Virus record (IMG/VR): IMGVR_UViG_3300032304_003098 | Span: 45,578-109,577 of that record | Reading direction: 5' to 3' (one strand) | Length of the DNA: 64,000 nucleotides | DNA from: a virus | Shown: positions 1 through 8,696 of the stretch, one piece after another | Numbering within the stretch: position 1 is the first letter of the stretch | Layout of the letters: every line of letters begins with the position of its first letter | Notes under the pieces: generated by a model | Databases searched by the model: none | What the model was told of the DNA's origin: nothing | What the model saw: only the letters and a program-made list of their open reading frames with translations | Translations under genes and position numbers: made by a program

Positions 1-99
1 TTAGGGGATAGAATTAGAAGAATTCGAAAAGGACAGGCTGGGTTTGAAGCGGCAGTCAAATTCGCAAAAGATATTAAAGATAGAATTTCATACAAATAA
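1..99 (+). CDS. 3' end of an upstream gene (partial, ...LGDRIRRIRKGQAGFEAAVKFAKDIKDRISYK*)
   Basis: Frame 1 is open from base 1 to TAA at 97-99; product unknown. Confidence 0.6.
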   Translation, partial: LGDRIRRIRKGQAGFEAAVKFAKDIKDRISYK

Positions 100-141
100 T
101 TTAGAAGTTTTAAAAAGATTAAAATTTTGTAAAGTCATTTA

Positions 142-149
142 GATATATA
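142..149 (+). promoter_or_regulatory. putative phage late promoter GATATATA
   Basis: Recurrent RATATATA motif, 21 nt before the protease ATG; analogous to the T4 late TATAAATA box. Confidence 0.65.
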
Positions 150-170
150 AAAGATAAAAAAAAGATCAGT

Positions 171-2198
171 ATGGAAGATCTACCATTTATGAACGAGAAC
201 TGGGTGTTTATTTTGGAGAAGCAAGGTCATCACGTAGAGGCTTCTAAAACCTCAGATGGCTACACTCTACAGGGTATAGCAGCACAGTTTGGCAAAGAAA
301 ATAACAACAACAGGATCTACGAGGAAAGCGAGTATCTGCCACATCTGGATTATCTGAAAGAAAAAATCAAACAAAAAAGATTGGTTGGTGAATTAGACCA
401 TCCTGAAAAATTTGATGTTTCTCTGAAAAACATTTCTCATATTATAGAAGATTTACAGTACGACAAAAGTGCTCGGGTATTGAAGATCAAGGTCAAATTG
501 CTTGATACTCCAGCTGGTCAAATTGCCAAAAAATTGGTTGAAGCTGGAATTCCTCTTTCCATTTCTTCTCGTGCCGCTGGTAATGTGGGTCCTAACAAAA
601 AAGTTCAAATTAAAAAAATCTTCACTTATGATTTGGTAGCTGATCCTGGATTTCAGGATGCACAACTAGAAAGAGTGTACGAAAGTGCTGGTTTTTCATT
701 CTCTGAATTTTCAGATAGACACAAAAATTCCGTTGTTAACGATTTAAAATGTTTGAATGAGTCCTTAGGAATCAAAAATGATTCGGGAGTGATGATATAT
801 AAGGTTGATGATAACGAAGAATTCAAAAAAATATTCAAAACAGAAAAAAATAAAATTGACATCATGGAGTCCAGAAAAGAATATGTAACGAGTGAAGAAC
901 TCAACAATTATTCCATTTTCTTAAAGAAAAAAATGGATGAGCTCGAGTCTCAAATTAAAGAAGCTAAGTCTACCCAGAATTTGGTAGAAAGCTCGGATTC
1001 ATACACACAAAAACTTGAAGAAAGAGTAGACCGTCTTGAAAAGTACTGTGAGTACTTGGCCGAGAATTTGGAAAATTCCATTAAGTATGGTGAATATGTA
1101 GCCGAGAATTTGGACAATTCCATCACTTACAGTAAATATCTAGCCGAGAATTTGGACAAGAACATTTCTTACTCTAAGTATCTGGCTGAAAACGTAGATA
1201 AGTCAATTCTCTATTCAGAGTACGTGGCAGAAAATGTCGACAAAGGAATTAACTACTCTAAATATCTTGCCGAGAAATTAGATGACAGCATTCAATATGC
1301 AGAATACCTGGCTGAAAATGTGGATCATACAATTTCCTATTCCGAATACCTGGCCGAAAATGTGGACAGAAATATTTCTTATTCTGAGTATTTGGCAGAG
1401 AAGTTGGACAGAAACATTTCTTATGCCGAATACCTGGCCGAGAATTTGGACAAAGGCATAGCCTACTCAGAGTATCTAGGCGAAAATCTCGATAAAGGGA
1501 TTGCTTACTCTGAATATCTGGGTGAAAAACTAGAACAAGGAATTTCTTATTCGGAATATCTAGCGGAAAATGTGAATAGAACCATCTCCTATTCCGAGTA
1601 CATCGCAGAAAAATTAAATGGCACGATTTCGTTCACCGAGTCTGTATCCGAAAGCGTTGGTTATCAACCCCTAGTTGAAAAAGACGCACGGAGACAGGCA
1701 GAAGTCGCCTCAAGAACTGAATTAGCGGAGTCTGGCTTTGCCGGAGATTATACCAATCTCGGCAAACAAATTGATTTTCTAATTGAGTCGGTCCAAACCC
1801 AAAAGACCGAAACAAACCAAAAACAGGCTGCAAGCAAATGGCAGCCGACTGCTGACACACAAAAAGCAGATCAAGTTCTCAATGAGAACGATGAAGCCAA
1901 ATTTAAAACTGGCCACAAGTTCATTGATGAGATGCCAACGGATTACGTTCCGATTTGGGAGTCGTTAAGTGAAGGACACCAGCAATCTATTATTGCCCAG
2001 GCTGCTCTTCGTAATCTTAACACCCCTTATCAGATTAGAAATTTCTGGTCAACTCGTCAGTTTGGACCTAAGCCTTTGGCTTTGCAAAAATTGCAAGAGA
2101 ATGAAAATTTCTCAGAGGCCTCTAACCCTCGGACCCCAACTCCTTACAACAACGATTACCTAAGTTGGGTGGCTAAGTCGCTAGAAGGCAAATTCTAA
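171..2198 (+). CDS. gp21: prohead core protease (T4 gp21-like) fused to a C-terminal scaffold (gp22-like) region
   Basis: N-terminal motifs NNNNRIY, GELDHP, ISSRAAG, YDLVADP typical of T4-type prohead proteases; long coiled-coil repeat C-terminus; lies directly upstream of the capsid gene. Confidence 0.92.
   Translation: MEDLPFMNENWVFILEKQGHHVEASKTSDGYTLQGIAAQFGKENNNNRIYEESEYLPHLDYLKEKIKQKRLVGELDHPEKFDVSLKNISHIIEDLQYDKSARVLKIKVKLLDTPAGQIAKKLVEAGIPLSISSRAAGNVGPNKKVQIKKIFTYDLVADPGFQDAQLERVYESAGFSFSEFSDRHKNSVVNDLKCLNESLGIKNDSGVMIYKVDDNEEFKKIFKTEKNKIDIMESRKEYVTSEELNNYSIFLKKKMDELESQIKEAKSTQNLVESSDSYTQKLEERVDRLEKYCEYLAENLENSIKYGEYVAENLDNSITYSKYLAENLDKNISYSKYLAENVDKSILYSEYVAENVDKGINYSKYLAEKLDDSIQYAEYLAENVDHTISYSEYLAENVDRNISYSEYLAEKLDRNISYAEYLAENLDKGIAYSEYLGENLDKGIAYSEYLGEKLEQGISYSEYLAENVNRTISYSEYIAEKLNGTISFTESVSESVGYQPLVEKDARRQAEVASRTELAESGFAGDYTNLGKQIDFLIESVQTQKTETNQKQAASKWQPTADTQKADQVLNENDEAKFKTGHKFIDEMPTDYVPIWESLSEGHQQSIIAQAALRNLNTPYQIRNFWSTRQFGPKPLALQKLQENENFSEASNPRTPTPYNNDYLSWVAKSLEGKF
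794..801 (+). promoter_or_regulatory. putative internal late promoter GATATATA inside the protease gene
   Basis: Exact motif copy at the protease/scaffold boundary, followed by an A-rich tract and an in-frame ATG at 864. Confidence 0.45.
1044..1631 (+). repeat. 14 x 42-bp coding tandem repeat (14-aa unit, consensus YSEYLAENLDKxIS)
   Basis: Counted directly in the translation, from YCEYLAENLENSIK to YSEYIAEKLNGTIS. Confidence 0.95.
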
Positions 2199-2223
2199 AA
2201 AAACCAAAAAAAATACTAAAAAA

Positions 2224-3942
2224 ATGAAACTAATTAATGAAGCTGAGATCTTCGATACCTGGTCGCCTATCATCGAGCAGAAAGCCGGTATCACTGATCC
2301 ATCCAAAAAAGCGTGGTTGTCTATATACTGCCACTATCACTCCCTCAACGAGTCTGCTGGTGCATACCAGTCTTTGAACGTCGTCAACGGTATGGGAGCC
2401 GTTGCACCTCCTGTTTTCCCAGCCTCAACTCAAGCTGGCTCTGTTGGTGGTTACGGGCCAAACCAAGGATTCTACAGCCAATCTTGGCAAGGATCTGGCG
2501 ATAAGTTTCCTTCGCTTTTGCCTTTGGCTATTCAGGTAGCTGCAAAAACCGTAGGTTTCGATATTGTTCCAGTTATTCCAATGTCTGGTCCTTCCGGTGT
2601 TCTATCCTATCTGGACTATGTGTATGCTGGCGGTAAGCTCAGCCCACAATCTACAGGTACCACTGCAGCCGATGCCTTGGCCGCAGCTCCTGCTATGATT
2701 AAGCTGCAAATTACTTCCTATGCTGGAGGATATCCTGGTAGTTTCGTAGTAGGTACAACTTATTTCATCACCAATGCTTCTTCAGCAGCTGAATATATCA
2801 CCACTAAGTTTGTTGGTCTTTCAAGAATCGATGGTTTCCCAATCTTCGAAATTACTGCAATCACTGCAGGGGAATCTGTTGCATCTGTTATCAATGGAGG
2901 TGCTACCAAAGTCGGTACTGGAGTAGATGGAAGCCAAGCAGGAACCACTACTGCTTCGGCTTCTTTGGTTAAGGCACTTGAAGATCACATCCAAGGTTTC
3001 TCTGGAGCTGGTTTCTACGACAACCAAGACTGGCAGGGTCCTTACGTTGATGGTACCAAGACGTACAACCCAATGCTTAGAAGCGTAGGTGAAGAAAACT
3101 ACTACAACTTGATGGGTCTTTCGACTTTCACAAAGTTTGTAGAAGCCGACACTTTCCAAGTAGCTGCTTCCGTCACCACGGAGCAAATCCAAGACCTTAA
3201 TAAGCAGTTCGGTATCGATGTCATTTCGATGATTGAGAACGCACTGGTCAATGAGGTTTCTCAGGCTATTAACAAGCACATTCTTGCCAGAGCTTTTGCT
3301 TTAGGCTGGTCTAACTGTGATAACTTCAACACAGTAGAAGGTCAAAATTTGAACTTGAATCTGGTCATCGGTGGAACCGCTGGTTCTTACACCATTCCTT
3401 CTTATGTTGGAAAAACAGACCAGGCTTTGACCATGACTGGTACTGCAGGTCCTGCTTCTGGAACTTATGAGAACTTGTCAACTCTACAAAGAAGACTTTT
3501 CTCTCGTATCCTGGCAGCCGCTAACGTAGTAGCTAACAGAGGTAGAAGAGGTCCTGCTAACTTCATTGTCACCAACGCAAACTTGGCTTCGGCAATGCAG
3601 GATATCAGCCAATTCACCTTTGCTCCTTTCACTAATACCTTGACTCAGAACAACGGTACTTTGTACCCAGTTGGTTCTTTGGCCGGTATGACAGTGTATG
3701 TGGACCAAAACATGAGGTACAACGATACCAGAATCCTCGTTGGAAGAAAAGGTGGTGATGATGAGCCAGGTCTCAAATTCATGCCTTACATGATGGCAGA
3801 ATCAATTCAGACAATCTCTGAAGGTACAATGTCTCCTAAAATCGCAGTTAAGTCTCGTTACGCTCTTGTAGAGGCTGGTTTCCACCCCGAAACCATGTAT
3901 CTTTGCTTTAATGTTAACTTGCCTGCTGGCGGTCTGGTTTAA
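2224..3942 (+). CDS. gp23: major capsid protein (T4 gp23-like)
   Basis: VPVIPMSGPSG, TTEQIQDL...FGID, RGRRGPANFIV, GLKFMPY, IAVKSRYAL motifs; follows the protease/scaffold; terminator downstream. Confidence 0.95.
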   Translation: MKLINEAEIFDTWSPIIEQKAGITDPSKKAWLSIYCHYHSLNESAGAYQSLNVVNGMGAVAPPVFPASTQAGSVGGYGPNQGFYSQSWQGSGDKFPSLLPLAIQVAAKTVGFDIVPVIPMSGPSGVLSYLDYVYAGGKLSPQSTGTTAADALAAAPAMIKLQITSYAGGYPGSFVVGTTYFITNASSAAEYITTKFVGLSRIDGFPIFEITAITAGESVASVINGGATKVGTGVDGSQAGTTTASASLVKALEDHIQGFSGAGFYDNQDWQGPYVDGTKTYNPMLRSVGEENYYNLMGLSTFTKFVEADTFQVAASVTTEQIQDLNKQFGIDVISMIENALVNEVSQAINKHILARAFALGWSNCDNFNTVEGQNLNLNLVIGGTAGSYTIPSYVGKTDQALTMTGTAGPASGTYENLSTLQRRLFSRILAAANVVANRGRRGPANFIVTNANLASAMQDISQFTFAPFTNTLTQNNGTLYPVGSLAGMTVYVDQNMRYNDTRILVGRKGGDDEPGLKFMPYMMAESIQTISEGTMSPKIAVKSRYALVEAGFHPETMYLCFNVNLPAGGLV

Positions 3943-3960
3943 TTTTAACCAGCTAACACC

Positions 3961-3991
3961 AAAAACCCCGGGTTTCGACCTGGGGTTTTTT
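3961..3991 (+). terminator. intrinsic terminator, probably bidirectional
   Basis: AAAAACCCCGGGT-TTCG-ACCTGGGGTTTTTT: GC stem, UUCG loop, flanking A and T runs, just after the capsid gene. Confidence 0.9.
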
Positions 3992-4005
3992 GTTGTAATA
4001 GAAAA

Positions 4006-4013
4006 GATATATA
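4006..4013 (+). promoter_or_regulatory. putative late promoter GATATATA
   Basis: Immediately after the terminator, 21 nt before ATG 4035. Confidence 0.65.
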
Positions 4014-4034
4014 GATAAAAATACACCCCAGATC

Positions 4035-4625
4035 ATGTCGAAAGTACAGGATTTCAATCATTTCGTCGATTCGCATTTCAAATCAAAATCGGGCAATTCA
4101 CATCTTCAAGAAGGATTTATGGATTCTTTGGCAAATGCAATCGATAGCCTTATGCCATTTTCAAAAACAAAAACAATCAATTCAGTCATTGATAATATGT
4201 TAGAGTATGAAAAGGACTTATTGAAGGCAAAATATGAACTTAAAAAAACTTTGAAATCCATGGAGTTAAAACTTCGAGAAATCAGAGGTAGAACCCCGGT
4301 TAATACAGAAGCAGTTGAATCTATTAAAGAAGAAATTGAAGCCAAGACGAATGAATATAGAGCTATGGTTAAATCCAAAACCGTAGCTTTAGAAAAAGCC
4401 AAAGATTTGCTAAGAAGGGAAGGAGCTAAATCCCCTCGCTTAAAGGAAGTCATGAAAGCAAAAATGGCTGAATTGGAGATTGAATTAGCGGAATTTGAAT
4501 ATGAACAAGCTAAAAAGATTTCAGCAGAAGCTGGAGAAATACAAAATTTGAAAGATGCTCTAGAACAAGCTAAAAAAGAAGCTCAAGAAATGCTGAATAA
4601 GCTGAGCAATGCTCCAACCCCTTAA
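4035..4625 (+). CDS. coiled-coil protein, probable internal head protein
   Basis: N-terminal KVQDFNHF...LQE leader resembling T4 capsid-targeting/cleavage sequences; K/E-rich helices; paralogous to the next gene. Confidence 0.6.
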   Translation: MSKVQDFNHFVDSHFKSKSGNSHLQEGFMDSLANAIDSLMPFSKTKTINSVIDNMLEYEKDLLKAKYELKKTLKSMELKLREIRGRTPVNTEAVESIKEEIEAKTNEYRAMVKSKTVALEKAKDLLRREGAKSPRLKEVMKAKMAELEIELAEFEYEQAKKISAEAGEIQNLKDALEQAKKEAQEMLNKLSNAPTP

Positions 4626-4638
4626 AATAATCCAAGCG

Positions 4639-5550
4639 ATGCTTTATAATTTTAAACAGTGGGACCATTACAATTCTCTGAATGAGGGTAAATCAATGAA
4701 AGATATTTTGAATTGGTTTGGTTCTTTTTTCGGAGGATCCCTGTCCAAGATAGATTCTTATTTGGAAGATATAGTTCAGATTGAAGAAGATTACATCAAA
4801 GAATGGGATAAAGTTGTCACAGAAATTGATTCTTTACAGGTTCAAAAAGCCCAGATATCTAACGACCCAGCCGAATCTAGAAAATTGGACAGAATGATTG
4901 AAAGGAATGAAAGACTTCTCAATTCCATGCTCAGTAAAAAGAACTCTTCCGTGATGGAGCTAGAAGAAAAGGTGAAAAAAATTGTGGACAAAGATTCCAA
5001 ATTGGTGTCCTATTGGAATTTGAAAAAAACTGAGGCGGAAAAAGAAATTGCTGAGAGATTATATGATGTTGCTAAGAAACTCACAGATCCTGATTTGGGT
5101 GAAGAATTGTATGATAAATATAAACAGGCAGCTTTAATAGCAAAACAAAAAGATGAAGATTTCAGAAAGAAATATGGCGACATGAAATTGCCTTCTTCGT
5201 CTCTTGTTTCATCCTCTACTACCAAAAAATCTCCGAAATACTATGGACAGTCAAAATTATCTAAGGATTCTCTAAATAAAATCATGTCCTATTCTGGCTC
5301 TGAATTTGAAAAATATGCAGAGAAATTGAGTAAAGAAGATGCAAAGGATTTGATTCGGGAATTAACTAGGGTTAAAAATGAGATGTGTGCACTCAGAGAT
5401 TTAGATTTGGAAAAATTCGAGGATGAAGCTAAAAGAAAAGGCATGAGTGAAGTCCAAATGAAAAAAGAAATCAGGGACCTTAGAAATTACCACACCAACA
5501 AAATAGGAGATCTTAGAACGAAAATAACGTTAGCAAGAAGATATGACTAA
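4639..5550 (+). CDS. coiled-coil protein, probable internal head protein (paralogue of 4035..4625)
   Basis: Start moved from 4609 to ATG 4639 to remove overlap; MLYNFKQW...SLNE leader; aligns by eye with the preceding ORF. Confidence 0.6.
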   Translation: MLYNFKQWDHYNSLNEGKSMKDILNWFGSFFGGSLSKIDSYLEDIVQIEEDYIKEWDKVVTEIDSLQVQKAQISNDPAESRKLDRMIERNERLLNSMLSKKNSSVMELEEKVKKIVDKDSKLVSYWNLKKTEAEKEIAERLYDVAKKLTDPDLGEELYDKYKQAALIAKQKDEDFRKKYGDMKLPSSSLVSSSTTKKSPKYYGQSKLSKDSLNKIMSYSGSEFEKYAEKLSKEDAKDLIRELTRVKNEMCALRDLDLEKFEDEAKRKGMSEVQMKKEIRDLRNYHTNKIGDLRTKITLARRYD

Positions 5551-5812
5551 AATTCTTTTGGATTTAAACGATTTTCAACTCAACGAGGATGTAAATTCCG
5601 ATCTGGTTAATGCAAAAAAAGCGGTCAATGACCAATTACAAGCAATTAGAGATGAGATCCAAAATGAAAAAAAACAAACAGAAGTAGCACAAAAATCTGC
5701 CAGTTTAAAAAAACAGGCAACTTTATACTCTGCTTTACCCGCCATGTTGAACAAACTGGCTACGGCGATGGAAGCAAAAGATAAATCTGGGGATAAAACA
5801 AACATATACTAG
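5543..5812 (+). CDS. small coiled-coil protein, probable internal head protein
   Basis: MTKILLDLNDFQLNE leader; start overlaps the upstream stop. Confidence 0.6.
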   Translation: MTKILLDLNDFQLNEDVNSDLVNAKKAVNDQLQAIRDEIQNEKKQTEVAQKSASLKKQATLYSALPAMLNKLATAMEAKDKSGDKTNIY

Positions 5813-5814
5813 AA

Positions 5815-8277
5815 ATGCATAATTATTTCACACACAATCCAGCTGCTAAAGCTATCATCACAAATTTTATGAATTTGAATGAAAACGCTTCGGTGGACAA
5901 TCTTCTCAAACGGGCCACCGAAATTAGTCTTGATACTTTCAAGAAAATTGTTTTTGATCTGGCTTCTCATGATAACCGTAACCCTGATGTTTTAAGAGCT
6001 ATGTTGTTGGACGTTGCCTCTGCTAAAACTGTCAAAAGTCTGGTGGCCAAATTTAAAGACTATGCCGGTGAAGCGGAACTAGGTGATGCTAGATTCTCCA
6101 AAGTTAAAAATATGTACATTAACGCCTTAAATTCTTTGGGTGATGCACTTAAAAGACTTGTTGAGGTCGATTCCAAGTTGGAAGATGGAATTATTAATAC
6201 CTTCAAAATTTCGGCCAATAGATTGATTTCATCTTTAGATTCTATTGCTGTTAATTATTCTAAGAAACAAACCGCCAATGAAAATTTGAGTTTAGGTTTT
6301 GGTCTTGAAGAGATCAACGAATCTTTGTTCATTGGATTTAAAGGTAGAATCGAAAAACTAAGAAAGAAGCTGGTAAATCTAATTTCCGATTCTAAAGGTA
6401 AAGATGCCAAAAACGGTTATGGTAGAGATTGGCAAAGACTTTTCACTACTTTAGAACAAAAACTAGAAGCGATTGAAAATTCTAAAGATTTAACCGGAGA
6501 AAGAGACAGAAAAACTTTAGGCGAGTTGGAAAAACAGGCGGATTCTTTATCTGAAGAATATTACAATTATAAGATTAAAGCTGCGGAGATGAGCATGAAA
6601 AAAATCATCGAAGACGATGAGCTTATTACCAAGTATTCTGATGTGACTGAGATTATTACTGCTGCTTTGGATATGATAGCTAAAGCAAATGTGCAAGAAT
6701 TGTTAATTGATAAAACTTTGCGGGAGGAGATGGATGAGATGGAACAAAAAGTTATTCAAAAGGTTTTCCCCATTAAGATAGGGGCGAAGGATACAGATTT
6801 AAAATTTAAGAAGTCTGGTATCACAGCTGCAGTGCAAAAATCTTTGATGGCAGCTTTCCCTCCATTCAAAACTTTTTTGCAAAAACACGGGGGAGCAGAC
6901 GGTAAATATGGACCTGCAACCTCAGCCTGTATTAAATCTATCCAGTCTCTACTGGGCAACAAAAACGCCAATGGTGAATTAGACAAACCTTTGTTTGATT
7001 CATTTTTAAAAATGGAACAAATTTCATCCGAAAACAAAAAAGCATTGACTAAGGCTTTGGATGTTTTGAAAAAAACATACGCTATGTCTGAATCAGAAGT
7101 TGTTGGAATAAATCAATTTTCAAAGATGTTTGAGGCCATTTTTATCGATGACGATGATTTGGAAAGAGAACTTGAAAAAAACACGGCAGAATTAGCCAAA
7201 ATGCCAGATTCCGGGACAAGAGCAGAAAAAGAAGAAAAAACCACTGCTGATTCTAAATTGGCCAAAAATTTGGCCAAAAATTTAAGAAAGGGTTACAATA
7301 GAAATGCGGAGGAAGAGGATTTCTTAAAAGAGGATGGAACCTTGAAAAGTTCTTATCCAACCGAATTTGTCGAGGCCTGGTTGAAAACTTTAGAAGAAAA
7401 TTCACGGGAATCGGACAAACCAGCCTTTTTTTGGATGCAGGGTTCTGACGAGAAAACGGGAGCTCTCTACTCGACCAAAAGATTGGCTGGAAATTACAAA
7501 AAACCTTATAATTGGTCCAAGTGGAAAGAATTTTCTGGTGGTGACACCCCACAAGACAGAGATTCTTTTGCCAAATGGTATACTGGATATTTCTCTAAGT
7601 TTGGTGGAATTCAGGACGACCAAAGAGAAAAAGTAATTAGTGAAATTTTAAACTTTTACTCCAATCCCAAAAACTCCTCCGGGGTTAATCCCAAATTAGC
7701 GGAATCTTTTAACTCTTGTGCTAGCTTTTATGATGATATCAAAGATGCATTGAAGAGTGGAAAATCCTCCCCTGATGCGGAAACCTATGAATATTTTAAA
7801 CAGGGTTATTTAACTACTGAAGCTCTGCAAAAAATTGTAGCTGCTGCATCGAGAGCTGCACAAATTGACGATGAAGAACCGGACTTAGATTTTTATGATT
7901 TTCTGATGTTAGCAGTTTGTGTTTTTTTATGTGGTTCCACTTTAGCGTGGAATTCAGAAAAGAAAAAGTGGGATTCTTCCCTTTCCATTCTGAAAGATAA
8001 AGTTTTGAAGGAAGGGGTTCTCAACAGAATCATGGAAAATAAGGTGGTTGAAAATGATCCTAAGGCTTTAATTCCATCTCTAAATAAAGAGGGGGTTGAA
8101 ATTTTGAACAAAGGCTATGAAGGTAATTCCAAAAGAATTTTCAAAGAAAATTTAGAAAGAGCTTCATCTGTACTGGAACCTTTAATTCAGAGACATGCAG
8201 ACAGAATCAATTACAAAACAAAGGAAGACATTAAGACTTTCGATTCGAAAAATGTTTTTGTTGTTAATTTAGATTGA
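5815..8277 (+). CDS. large helical protein with a central peptidoglycan-binding (PG_binding_1-like) domain, probable head/ejection protein
   Basis: ADGKYGPATSACIKSIQ...NGELD matches the DGxxGxxTxxA/CxxxxQ pattern; LNE/ANE/INE/MSE/MFE candidate cleavage sites. Confidence 0.65.
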   Translation: MHNYFTHNPAAKAIITNFMNLNENASVDNLLKRATEISLDTFKKIVFDLASHDNRNPDVLRAMLLDVASAKTVKSLVAKFKDYAGEAELGDARFSKVKNMYINALNSLGDALKRLVEVDSKLEDGIINTFKISANRLISSLDSIAVNYSKKQTANENLSLGFGLEEINESLFIGFKGRIEKLRKKLVNLISDSKGKDAKNGYGRDWQRLFTTLEQKLEAIENSKDLTGERDRKTLGELEKQADSLSEEYYNYKIKAAEMSMKKIIEDDELITKYSDVTEIITAALDMIAKANVQELLIDKTLREEMDEMEQKVIQKVFPIKIGAKDTDLKFKKSGITAAVQKSLMAAFPPFKTFLQKHGGADGKYGPATSACIKSIQSLLGNKNANGELDKPLFDSFLKMEQISSENKKALTKALDVLKKTYAMSESEVVGINQFSKMFEAIFIDDDDLERELEKNTAELAKMPDSGTRAEKEEKTTADSKLAKNLAKNLRKGYNRNAEEEDFLKEDGTLKSSYPTEFVEAWLKTLEENSRESDKPAFFWMQGSDEKTGALYSTKRLAGNYKKPYNWSKWKEFSGGDTPQDRDSFAKWYTGYFSKFGGIQDDQREKVISEILNFYSNPKNSSGVNPKLAESFNSCASFYDDIKDALKSGKSSPDAETYEYFKQGYLTTEALQKIVAAASRAAQIDDEEPDLDFYDFLMLAVCVFLCGSTLAWNSEKKKWDSSLSILKDKVLKEGVLNRIMENKVVENDPKALIPSLNKEGVEILNKGYEGNSKRIFKENLERASSVLEPLIQRHADRINYKTKEDIKTFDSKNVFVVNLD

Positions 8278-8302
8278 GTGTTATAGAATGTTATTTTTTT
8301 CT

Positions 8303-8310
8303 TAAATTTG
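8303..8310 (+). promoter_or_regulatory. possible Bacteroidota sigma70 -7 box (TAnnTTTG)
   Basis: TAAATTTG 18 nt before ATG 8329; no well-spaced -33 TTTG, so weak. Confidence 0.25.
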
Positions 8311-8328
8311 GACATTAAATCAAATGTC

Positions 8329-8688
8329 ATGAACAAATTAATTTTGTTTTGGTGTACGATTCTGCTTCTTTCGTGTCAGAATAAACAAACCATTAGTCCA
8401 ATCGATCCCGGATTTACTAAATCTGAAATTAACGAGCAGATCATAAAACCAGCTTTACAACAAGGTAATCTTTTAAAAGATAAACCCCTCTCCCTCAAAA
8501 TCAATAAGACTTTAGCAAAATTTAGAGCCCAATACCCGACAGAATATATGAAATTTGGTCAGGTGGATGGTGATATTGAAAGAGCAAATTTTCTAAAGGG
8601 TAACAGAAAATTCAAAAAAATTTGGAAAAAATTGGGTTATTCCAAAAAGGAACTTATGCAGATTATTCACCTAAGAAGATGTGAATAA
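8329..8688 (+). CDS. putative lipoprotein
   Basis: MNKLILFWCTILLLS-CQNKQ: short basic N-terminus, hydrophobic core, lipobox Cys; start moved from TTG 8308 to ATG 8329. Confidence 0.7.
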   Translation: MNKLILFWCTILLLSCQNKQTISPIDPGFTKSEINEQIIKPALQQGNLLKDKPLSLKINKTLAKFRAQYPTEYMKFGQVDGDIERANFLKGNRKFKKIWKKLGYSKKELMQIIHLRRCE

Positions 8689-8696
8689 ATTGATAA

